Below are positions 8,218-16,197 of a stretch of DNA of 20,000 bases, one piece after another. Origin of the DNA: an uncultured virus (IMG/VR IMGVR_UViG_3300018050_000923) (taxonomy: Duplodnaviria > Heunggongvirae > Uroviricota > Caudoviricetes); IMG/VR virus record IMGVR_UViG_3300018050_000923. One strand, given 5' to 3'. Positions within the stretch are counted from its first letter, which is position 1, and every line of letters begins with the position of its first letter. Under the pieces are notes generated by a model. It was not told the origin of the DNA. It saw only the letters and a list, made by a program, of their open reading frames with translations, and made no database searches. The position numbers and the translations under genes were made by a program.

Positions 8218-11200
8218 TGATTAACTATGTACCACTACACCTGCATACTCACTTTTCATTATTTGACGGGATTGGGTTGCCGTCAGAATATGTTGAACGT
8301 GCTACAAAGTTGGGTATGCCAGCAATAGGAATTACAGACCATGGCTCCCTTTCTGGCCACAGAGAAATGTATCGTGTTGCTAAAGCAAGTGGTATCAAAC
8401 CTATTCTTGGCATAGAGGGATATATGTGCGAAGATCGCTTTGACAAAAGAGACAAAGAGGATCGCAAGACACCATTAGATATGGTTTATAACCATATTAT
8501 TCTTCTTGCCAAGAATAAGGTTGGTTTAGAGAATCTTAACAAATTAAATGAAATTGCTTGGACAGAAGGATATTATAAAAAGCCAAGAATAGATTTTGAA
8601 GTACTTTCCAAATACAAAGAAGGTATTATAGTTTCATCTGCATGCCCAAGTGGAATTATTGCTAAGTCAATCGAACTTGGTGAACTTGGAATGGCAAAGA
8701 AATATATAAAGTGGTTTAAAGAAGAGTTTGGTGACGATTATTATCTTGAGGTAATGCCTCATAATGATGAATCAATAAATAGAACTATTTTACAATTAGC
8801 AGATGAGTTCAAGATTAAGCCTATTGTAACTCCAGACTGTCATCACGTTGATCAATCACAAAAAGAAATTCAGGAATTAAAACTTATTTTAAATACTTAT
8901 TCTAATAAGATTCAAAAAGATGCTACATACGAAAAGTCAAAAAAGCAGGGCGATTTAATGAAGCGTCTTGATTATTTGTATGGCGCAGATAGACAAATGT
9001 CATTTAATAAGTTTGACATTCACCTACTTTCATATGAAGAAATTCAGGCTGCTATGGAAAAGCAAGCAGTATGGAGAACAGATATTTATGAAAATACAAT
9101 TGATCTTGCTAATAAGATTGAAGATTATGATATCCAGGATGGTCTAAATCTTTTGCCTGTTCAGTATAAAAATCCAGATAAGCAACTAAAAGATTTAGCA
9201 ATGCAAGGCTTAGTAGATAAAGGGCTTAATAAAAATCAAGAATATCTTGATAGACTTGAAGAAGAATTAAAGGTTATTCAAGATAAAAAATTTGGTCCAT
9301 ACTTCCTTGTTGTTCAGAGCATGATCTCTTGGGCAAAAAAGGAAGGAATTATGGTTGGTCCAGGTCGTGGTTCATCTGCTGGCTCTTTACTGTGCTATGC
9401 ACTTGGTATTACTGATATTGATCCATTAAAGCACGGACTTCTATTCTTCCGTTTTATTAATCCAGAGCGTAATGATTTTCCAGATATTGATACAGATATT
9501 CAAGATTCTCGTCGTGATGAGGTAAAAGATTATCTTGTTAGACAGTACAAACATGTTGCATCTATTGCTACATTCTTAGAGTTTAAAGATAAAGGTGTAG
9601 TTCGAGATGTTGCTCGTGCACTAAACATACCTTTAGTAGATGTAAATAAAGTTTTAAAGTTAGTAGATACTTGGGACGAATACTGTTCATCAAAAACTAC
9701 TGCTTGGTTTAGAGAAAAATATCCAGAGGTGGAGCAATATGGAGAACAATTACGTGGTCGTATTAGAGGTACTGGCATACACGCTGCTGGTGTTGTCACT
9801 AGTAAAAATCCTATTTTTAGGTACGCACCGTTGGAGACACGTTCTTCTCCTGGTTCCGATGACCGCATACCTGTTGTGGCGGTGGACATGGAAGAGGCTG
9901 AGAAAATCGGACTCATCAAAATCGACGCACTTGGTCTTAAAACCTTAAGCGTTATTAACGATACATTAAATATTATCAAGGAGCGAGAGGGCACTGAGAT
10001 AAATCTTTTAAGTCTTGACATGGATGATTCCAAGGTATATCAGATGCTTTCTGAGGGTTATACAAAGGGCGTGTTCCAATGTGAAGCCACACCCTATACC
10101 AACCTACTTGTTAAGATGGGTGTAAAGAATTTAGCAGAACTTGCTGCTTCTAACGCCTTGGTTCGTCCAGGTGCAATGAATACTATTGGCAAGGACTATA
10201 TTGAACGTAAGCACGGTAGACAGGCAGTAAATTATCTGCATCAAACTATGAAACCATTCACACAAGAAACATATGGGTGTATCCTATACCAAGAGCAGGT
10301 TATGCAGGCCTGTGTTGAACTTGGAGGGATGTCTTGGTCTGAAGCGGATAAAGTTCGTAAGATCATTGGTAAAAAGAAAGATGCTAGAGAATTTGATGCT
10401 TTTCGTGATAGGTTCGTTGATGGTGCTTCTAAGTTTATTAGTCCTAACCAGGCTCGTGATTTATGGCATGACTTTGAGGCGCATGCGGGTTATTCGTTCA
10501 ACAAGTCTCATGCGGTTGCTTACTCTACGCTCTCGTATTGGACGGCATGGCTAAAGTACTATTATCCAATTGAGTTTATGTATTCACTACTTAAGAATGA
10601 AAGGGATAAAGATGCACGAACTGAATATCTTATTGAAGCGAAAAGAATGGGCATTAGCATTAAATTACCTCACATTAACGATTCGGATATTGATTTTAAA
10701 ATTGAGGGTAAGGGTATTCGGTTTGGATTGTCGGGGATCAAGTTTATCTCTGATAAGATTGCAGAACGATATATATCGGCACGACCTTTTAAGTCTTTCG
10801 AGGAAGTTAAAGCCTTTACATTTACGAAAGGTAATGGAGTCAACAGCAGAGCATTAGAAGCATTAAGAATTATTGGTGCTGTAACTTTTTCAGACAATCC
10901 TAGAAACGATGATGAATTAAGAGAAAATCTTTATGAGTATTTAGGTTTGCCAGAGTTCACACAAACAGTTCCGTCTCACTACCATGCGTTCATTAATCCT
11001 GTAGAGGACTTTGAGGAAAAGGGTTCATTTATTTTAATGGGTATGGTAAAAGGAATTAAGCGTGGTAAAGGTTGGTCTCGTGTTGAAATATTAGATAAGA
11101 CTGGAAGTATTGGAGTATTTGATGAAGAGCAAACAACGATTGAGGCTGGACGAAGTTATATTGCACTCTGTTCTGATAACAGAATTGTTAGTGCTGTTCC

Positions 11201-11498
11201 TGTGGACGAGATAAAGGGATCTGACTCTGCTTTAGTTAAATTCTTAAACTATAGAATGTTGCCATATAAAGATGATGAGTTATTTGTGGTATCCTTTAAA
11301 CCTAGGATAACAAAAGCAGGAAAAAAGATGGCTTCTCTAACTTTAGCAGACACATCTAGAGAACTTCATCCAGTAACAGTGTTCCCTACTGCATTTGCTA
11401 AAGCATACATGAAGATTGAAGAAGGACACGCATATAAATTTGAATTAGGTAAAACTAAAGACGGTACAGTAATATTGGAGGATATAAATGTCGGTTAG
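8217..11498 (+). CDS. dnaE: DNA polymerase III alpha subunit (family C, DnaE-type)
   Basis: ATG 8217 (TAATG); PHP motifs LHLHTHFS, TDHG, DCHH; GPGRGSSAGS, FPDIDTD, HAAGVV, KIDALGL, YSFNKSHA, IRFGL; C-terminal OB folds. Confidence 0.97.
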   Translation: MINYVPLHLHTHFSLFDGIGLPSEYVERATKLGMPAIGITDHGSLSGHREMYRVAKASGIKPILGIEGYMCEDRFDKRDKEDRKTPLDMVYNHIILLAKNKVGLENLNKLNEIAWTEGYYKKPRIDFEVLSKYKEGIIVSSACPSGIIAKSIELGELGMAKKYIKWFKEEFGDDYYLEVMPHNDESINRTILQLADEFKIKPIVTPDCHHVDQSQKEIQELKLILNTYSNKIQKDATYEKSKKQGDLMKRLDYLYGADRQMSFNKFDIHLLSYEEIQAAMEKQAVWRTDIYENTIDLANKIEDYDIQDGLNLLPVQYKNPDKQLKDLAMQGLVDKGLNKNQEYLDRLEEELKVIQDKKFGPYFLVVQSMISWAKKEGIMVGPGRGSSAGSLLCYALGITDIDPLKHGLLFFRFINPERNDFPDIDTDIQDSRRDEVKDYLVRQYKHVASIATFLEFKDKGVVRDVARALNIPLVDVNKVLKLVDTWDEYCSSKTTAWFREKYPEVEQYGEQLRGRIRGTGIHAAGVVTSKNPIFRYAPLETRSSPGSDDRIPVVAVDMEEAEKIGLIKIDALGLKTLSVINDTLNIIKEREGTEINLLSLDMDDSKVYQMLSEGYTKGVFQCEATPYTNLLVKMGVKNLAELAASNALVRPGAMNTIGKDYIERKHGRQAVNYLHQTMKPFTQETYGCILYQEQVMQACVELGGMSWSEADKVRKIIGKKKDAREFDAFRDRFVDGASKFISPNQARDLWHDFEAHAGYSFNKSHAVAYSTLSYWTAWLKYYYPIEFMYSLLKNERDKDARTEYLIEAKRMGISIKLPHINDSDIDFKIEGKGIRFGLSGIKFISDKIAERYISARPFKSFEEVKAFTFTKGNGVNSRALEALRIIGAVTFSDNPRNDDELRENLYEYLGLPEFTQTVPSHYHAFINPVEDFEEKGSFILMGMVKGIKRGKGWSRVEILDKTGSIGVFDEEQTTIEAGRSYIALCSDNRIVSAVPVDEIKGSDSALVKFLNYRMLPYKDDELFVVSFKPRITKAGKKMASLTLADTSRELHPVTVFPTAFAKAYMKIEEGHAYKFELGKTKDGTVILEDINVG

Positions 11499-12501
11499 TC
11501 TTGAAGATGTATTAGCACAACTAAATCCTAAATTAAGGAAGAGCATTCTTGTTGGAGACGAAGTTCCTAAGACAGAATATGCCACAACACCAAGTTTTGG
11601 ATTAAACCGTGCATTAAATGGTGGGCTACCATATGGAAGACAGGTTCTTGTTTGGGGTAGCAAGTCAAGTGCAAAATCATCCTTATGTCTTCAAACAATT
11701 GCATTAGCACAAAAAGAAGGAAAGATCTGTGCATGGATAGATGCAGAAATGTCATACGACAAAGAGTGGGCAGAAAAGTTAGGTGTAGATACTTCAAAAT
11801 TAATTGTTTCGCAGGCAAGAACTATTAATGAAATGGTAGATGTTGGAGTAAATCTAATTGAGGCTGGAGTTGACATAATTGTTGTTGACTCGATTACCTC
11901 TTTGCTTCCAGCAATTTATTTTGAAAAAGATTCATCAGAGTTAAAGCAGTTAGAAAATACAAAACAAATTGGTGCAGAGTCTCGTGACTTTAGTAATGCT
12001 TGGAAGATGCTTAACTATGCAAACAATAAGGTTAAGCCAACATTATTAATTCTTATTTCTCAATCCAGAAATAATATTAATGCAATGTACACAAGTCAGC
12101 AACCAACTGGTGGTCAGGCTACTAAATTTTATTCATCAACTGTAGTAAAACTGTTTTCGTCTGAATCAGATAATCAGGCACTGAAAGGAAAAATATATGT
12201 TGGCGACAAGGCTATTGAAGAAAAGATTGGTAGAAAGATTAGATGGGAACTCCAGTTTTCCAAAACTTCTCCTGCTTTTCAGTCTGGTGAGTATGATTTC
12301 TATTTTAGAGGCGATAACCTGGGCATTGATGGGGTCGCTGATCTTGTTGACACTGCTGAACTTGTGGGCATAGTTGAAAGAACTGGCGCATGGTATTTAC
12401 TTCCAGATGGTTCAAAAGTCCAAGGTAGAGAAGCATTTGTTAATCGTGTAAGAGAGGATCTTGATCTACAAGATATGATTAAGAATAAAATCAGTGGATA
12501 A
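11488..12501 (+). CDS. recA: RecA/UvsX-like recombinase
   Basis: GGLPYGR, P-loop GSKSSAKS, WIDAE, IVVDSI, SQ.R, TGG.A.KFYSS, GAWY, QGRE. Confidence 0.93.
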   Translation: MSVSLEDVLAQLNPKLRKSILVGDEVPKTEYATTPSFGLNRALNGGLPYGRQVLVWGSKSSAKSSLCLQTIALAQKEGKICAWIDAEMSYDKEWAEKLGVDTSKLIVSQARTINEMVDVGVNLIEAGVDIIVVDSITSLLPAIYFEKDSSELKQLENTKQIGAESRDFSNAWKMLNYANNKVKPTLLILISQSRNNINAMYTSQQPTGGQATKFYSSTVVKLFSSESDNQALKGKIYVGDKAIEEKIGRKIRWELQFSKTSPAFQSGEYDFYFRGDNLGIDGVADLVDTAELVGIVERTGAWYLLPDGSKVQGREAFVNRVREDLDLQDMIKNKISG

Positions 12502-12670
12502 GTATACTATTTATGAGGGAAAATTTCCTTGTAGAACCTGTAAAAAAGAAGTAAAAACTATTAGGATGTACCCATCAACTGGAATGGCTTCCTGGATGTG
12601 CTCAGACAAACATTTGTCAGAAGTACAATTATATAAGGTTGGATACAAGAAAGTTAAAAGGAATGACTGA
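12494..12670 (+). CDS. small zinc-ribbon protein (58 aa; absent from ORF track)
   Basis: GTG start; MDKYTIYEGKFPCRTCKKEVKTIRMYPSTGMASWMCSDKHLSEVQLYKVGYKKVKRND; CxxC...CxxxH; fills the gap and overlaps both neighbours by 8 nt. Confidence 0.75.
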   Translation: MDKYTIYEGKFPCRTCKKEVKTIRMYPSTGMASWMCSDKHLSEVQLYKVGYKKVKRND

Positions 12671-12953
12671 AAAAAACGAAAGCAAAAGACTGGGTGCTAA
12701 GCAGCATAAAAATTCTGGTAGAAATACTAAGAAGGGCGATGCTACTTGGGAAAACTTTACTGTAGATTTTAAGGAAAACTCAAAATCTTTTACGCTCAAT
12801 CAAGACGTATGGGCTAAAGCAACAACAGATGCAATACGAAATGGCAATGATCCAGCCATCGTTGTGGTACTTGGCGAGGGATCTAAAAAGGTAAGGCTTG
12901 CTATAATAGAGTTAGAACTACTAGAACAGATGGTGAATAATGGAACAGAATAA
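12663..12953 (+). CDS. PD-(D/E)xK nuclease, Hjc-like Holliday junction resolvase
   Basis: ATG 12663; E...NSG...KGDA...VDFKE motif, 96 aa. Confidence 0.7.
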   Translation: MTEKNESKRLGAKQHKNSGRNTKKGDATWENFTVDFKENSKSFTLNQDVWAKATTDAIRNGNDPAIVVVLGEGSKKVRLAIIELELLEQMVNNGTE

Positions 12954-13245
12954 TACAACGCTTGAGATGGTAAACGGTTTGTCAGAAATTGCAGACTACA
13001 TGGAAGATGAAGAGTTAACAACAGCACTTACATTTATTGCCAAAATAATTATTAAGCCAGATATACCTATGAACGTTGCTACATTAGAGATAGTAAGATT
13101 GCAAGCAATTGCTGCTAAGATGGCTTTTAAGGCTACATGGATGGCCAATGTGGACAAATCAGATCGTGGTAAAAAGAATATTTATTATACCGCAGCAGAA
13201 TCTATAAACAATTTAGTATCTGCTCTTAAATATATAACTCGATGA
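12940..13245 (+). CDS. hypothetical alpha-helical protein in recombination module
   Basis: 101 aa amphipathic helices; overlaps upstream gene. Confidence 0.7.
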   Translation: MEQNNTTLEMVNGLSEIADYMEDEELTTALTFIAKIIIKPDIPMNVATLEIVRLQAIAAKMAFKATWMANVDKSDRGKKNIYYTAAESINNLVSALKYITR

Positions 13246-13249
13246 GATC

Positions 13250-13258
13250 TGATATAAT
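13250..13258 (+). promoter_or_regulatory. extended -10 promoter TGATATAAT
   Basis: Intergenic TGnTATAAT followed by AAAGGA and ATG 13279. Confidence 0.6.
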
Positions 13259-13278
13259 TATATAAACAAAGGATAAAA

Positions 13279-14142
13279 ATGGCTAAAAATTTACTAAAAG
13301 AAATAATGATAAAGGGTCCTGATAAAAATAAAACATCAGGAACTACAGAAGATACAAGTTTTATTGACGGTCTAATAGAAAAAATAGAATCTGGCTATAT
13401 GGTAAAAACCAAACCAAGATTTACTAAAAAAAGTAATTTTTCTGCATCTGGATTAACTTATGGTGCAGGTGAATGTCCTAGATATTGGTATCTTGCATTT
13501 GATGGACAGGTGCATTATGATAACTCAGATGCCTATGGTGTTGCTAATAGAACAAATGGAACTTTAGGACACGAAAGAATTCAAGAGGCTATAGAGGCTT
13601 CTGGTTTACTTGACTCCACTATGGAGATAGATCCGTTACCAAGAAAATATAATAAACAGACTCACCCAGCAATGGAATTTAGAGTTAAAACAGAAGATCC
13701 ACCATTTGATGGTTATGCAGATGTTATGCTTAACATCAATGACGAAAGAGTAATTGGTGAAATTAAAACTATAACTAATGAAGGATTTGAGTATAAAAAG
13801 AATAGTAGAAAGCCTAAGATGGGTCATCTTATGCAACTACTAATGTATATGAAGGTTTGGAAAATTGGCAAGGGTGTAATGATTTATGAAAATAAAAATA
13901 ATCATGAGTTGCTAACTTTACCAGTAGTAGTAAACGATCATTACCGTCGGTGGGTAGACCAGGCATTTGATTGGATGAGAACAGTTCATAAGAGTTGGAT
14001 AGATAGAGAGTTGCCACAAAAACCTTATCGATCTAATTCTAAAATATGTAAAACCTGTCCAATTCAAAAAGCATGCGCTGAAGCAGAGACAGGGGTAGTT
14101 AAAATTAAACCTCTGGAGTTGCTGGAAAATGAAAAACTGTAG
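13279..14142 (+). CDS. Cas4-like (RecB-family PD-(D/E)xK, Fe-S) exonuclease
   Basis: ECPR, GTLGH, D...GEIKT, QLLMY, CKTCPIQKAC (1+3 Cys staple). Confidence 0.88.
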   Translation: MAKNLLKEIMIKGPDKNKTSGTTEDTSFIDGLIEKIESGYMVKTKPRFTKKSNFSASGLTYGAGECPRYWYLAFDGQVHYDNSDAYGVANRTNGTLGHERIQEAIEASGLLDSTMEIDPLPRKYNKQTHPAMEFRVKTEDPPFDGYADVMLNINDERVIGEIKTITNEGFEYKKNSRKPKMGHLMQLLMYMKVWKIGKGVMIYENKNNHELLTLPVVVNDHYRRWVDQAFDWMRTVHKSWIDRELPQKPYRSNSKICKTCPIQKACAEAETGVVKIKPLELLENEKL

Positions 14143-14419
14143 ATGGTGTGATAAAGACTTCAATACTAAAATTTCATATCAGATATATTGTTCTGAAGAA
14201 TGTAGAGATAACGCTACAAAAGAAAAAATAGCAGAAAGATATATTTTAAATAGAAGACAAAAGCGAAAAGGAAAAAATCGCATTTGTAAGATGTGTAAAG
14301 AAAAATTATCTATTTATAATGATGAGCCATTATGCATAAAGTGCAACATAAATCCAAACGATGTTAAAAAAGCATTAAAAGAAATAAAAGGACTATCAAA
14401 TGATAAAAGAAAGCAATAG
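14129..14419 (+). CDS. multi-Cys zinc-finger protein
   Basis: CRWC, YCSEEC, CKMC, CIKC. Confidence 0.75.
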   Translation: MKNCRWCDKDFNTKISYQIYCSEECRDNATKEKIAERYILNRRQKRKGKNRICKMCKEKLSIYNDEPLCIKCNINPNDVKKALKEIKGLSNDKRKQ

Positions 14420-14966
14420 GCCAGAAAGAATTTGTGCTATAGATGCAAGCACTAACAGTCTTGCCTATGCTACCTTTCATAATGGATATTTAAAAGAAAT
14501 GGGTAAAATTAATTTTGAGGGCAGTGACGTATATCAAAAAGTAATTGATGCTGGTAAAAAATCAAAGGCTTTATTTCATCATCTTGTTAATGTTGATGCA
14601 ATAGTTATTGAGCATACAGTATTTATGAATTCCCCTAAAACAGCAGCAGATTTAGCATTAGTACAGGGAGCAATACTTAGTGGTGCAGGAATATCAGGAA
14701 TAAAGAAAATAGGTAAAGTTTCTCCTATAACTTGGCAAAGTTATTTAGGAAATAAAAAATTAACAAAAGAAGAACAAATGCAGATAAGAATATCTAATCC
14801 AAACAAGTCCGCTTCTTGGTATAAGTCATATGAAAGAGATTTTAGAAAACAAAGAACTATTAAATTATTGGATATTATTTATGATAAAAAAATAACAGAT
14901 AATGATGTTGCAGATGCCTGTGGAATAGGACATTGGGCAATAAATAATTGGGAAAGGGCTATATGA
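14400..14966 (+). CDS. RuvC-like resolvase/nuclease
   Basis: CAIDASTNSLAY, IVIEH, P.TW, NDVADACGI RNase H-fold catalytic pattern. Confidence 0.85.
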   Translation: MIKESNRPERICAIDASTNSLAYATFHNGYLKEMGKINFEGSDVYQKVIDAGKKSKALFHHLVNVDAIVIEHTVFMNSPKTAADLALVQGAILSGAGISGIKKIGKVSPITWQSYLGNKKLTKEEQMQIRISNPNKSASWYKSYERDFRKQRTIKLLDIIYDKKITDNDVADACGIGHWAINNWERAI

Positions 14967-15196
14967 ATAATTGGGATTTACAAAATTCTCTAATGTTAGA
15001 GCACCTTATTTTGCAGGGTGCAGTAGAAATGTCTGGAATTGACAGCGATACTGGGGAAATGATATACTCTATTACAGAGAAACTTGAATCAGTTCATCCA
15101 AAACTGTATGCCTCAATGAAAAAAGATTTTGAAGAGCATATGTTTAAGTTAATTGATCAGGGTCCTAAAATAATGCAATGGAGGTTAAATTCATGA
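14963..15196 (+). CDS. hypothetical protein
   Basis: ATG 14963 in ATGA overlap, 77 aa, ends in ATGA overlap. Confidence 0.65.
   Translation: MNNWDLQNSLMLEHLILQGAVEMSGIDSDTGEMIYSITEKLESVHPKLYASMKKDFEEHMFKLIDQGPKIMQWRLNS
15039..15068 (+). promoter_or_regulatory. intragenic sigma70-type promoter upstream of HTH-Nmad-terminase genes
   Basis: TTGACA(15039-15044)-18 nt-TATACT(15063-15068) with TG at 15060-15061. Confidence 0.65.
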
Positions 15197-15342
15197 AGTT
15201 TTATACTAACGAGTTTTGGCTTCGTAAAAGATATACAGTTGATAAAAAATCTCCAAAAGAAATAGCAGAAGAATGTGGTGTTTCAATAGAAACAATTTAT
15301 GTATATCTTGCTAAATTTGGATTAAGGAAATCAAAGCGATGA
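15193..15342 (+). CDS. small HTH DNA-binding protein (49 aa; absent from ORF track)
   Basis: MKFYTNEFWLRKRYTVDKKSPKEIAEECGVSIETIYVYLAKFGLRKSKR; SD GGAGG upstream; ATGA overlaps at both ends. Confidence 0.8.
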   Translation: MKFYTNEFWLRKRYTVDKKSPKEIAEECGVSIETIYVYLAKFGLRKSKR

Positions 15343-15674
15343 GACCAGAACCAGTATACTCTGATGTTAAAAAATTTACTTGTCAAGATTTGTATCTGCA
15401 TTCTACGGGTGCCCCGTCTGGCATACAAATTTTAGATACATGCCATAACATTGCAAAAATGTTGATAGATAAAAATATTGCTTATGGAGATTCTGCACTT
15501 AGCCCTGTAAGAATTTTTAGCAAATCAGATCCTAGAGAGCAGTTACATGTTCGTATTGATGATAAGTTAAGCAGGCTTATGAAAGGATCTGAGTATCCAG
15601 GAGACAACGATATAGATGATTTGATTGGCTACCTTGTACTTTTAAAAATCGCAAAGGAAAAAAATGTCAACTGA
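15339..15674 (+). CDS. DUF1599 / nucleotide-modification-associated domain protein (all-alpha NTP-PPase-like)
   Basis: KN..YGDS...VRIDDKLSRL...DDLIGY motif. Confidence 0.72.
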   Translation: MRPEPVYSDVKKFTCQDLYLHSTGAPSGIQILDTCHNIAKMLIDKNIAYGDSALSPVRIFSKSDPREQLHVRIDDKLSRLMKGSEYPGDNDIDDLIGYLVLLKIAKEKNVN

Positions 15675-16197
15675 AGAAGATTTAGTCAAACATCTTGATG
15701 AAATTAACACCGTAGTTGGAGAATATCTAAAGGGTAATGATGCAACTAAAATTTCTAAAGATCTTGCTATTCCAAGAACTCGTGTAGTTCAACATATCAA
15801 TGAGTGGAAGGTTATGGCATCTGCTAATGATGCTATTCGTGCTCGTGCAAAAGAAGCACTTGCTGTTGCAGACACTCATTACAATAAACTAATTTCAAAA
15901 TCTTATGAAGTTATTGATGAGGCTACATTAACAAATAACCTTGGAGCAAAAACCCAGGCAATAAAACTTGTCATGGATATTGAATCTAAGAGAATTGATA
16001 TGTTGCAGAAAGCAGGTCTACTAGAAAATAAAGAACTTGCAGAAGAAATGCTACAAATTGAAAAGAAACAAGAAGTACTTATGGCAATTCTTAGAGATAT
16101 AGCATCTGAGCATCCAGAAATTCGTGATGAGATTATGCGTAGACTTTCTGATATTGCTAAGAAGGATGAAGTGATTACAATTGTCCATGAAGTTTGA
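15664..16197 (+). CDS. putative terminase small subunit (N-terminal HTH, helical)
   Basis: YLKGNDATKISKDLAIPRTRV HTH then coiled helices; immediately upstream of and overlapping terL. Confidence 0.6.
   Translation: MSTEEDLVKHLDEINTVVGEYLKGNDATKISKDLAIPRTRVVQHINEWKVMASANDAIRARAKEALAVADTHYNKLISKSYEVIDEATLTNNLGAKTQAIKLVMDIESKRIDMLQKAGLLENKELAEEMLQIEKKQEVLMAILRDIASEHPEIRDEIMRRLSDIAKKDEVITIVHEV

Noticed and set aside
9530..10033. 167-aa minus-strand ORF and other short alternative-frame ORFs in the track
   Set aside because: Lie wholly within well-supported + strand genes, with no recognisable motifs or RBS
8217..12501. Inteins or introns in dnaE/recA (also checked dnaB, terL)
   Set aside because: Frames are continuous, lengths are normal, no splice-junction or homing endonuclease motifs seen
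13279..14142. Cas4 as sign of a CRISPR-Cas system
   Set aside because: No repeat-spacer array or other cas genes; solo Cas4-like nucleases are common in phage recombination modules
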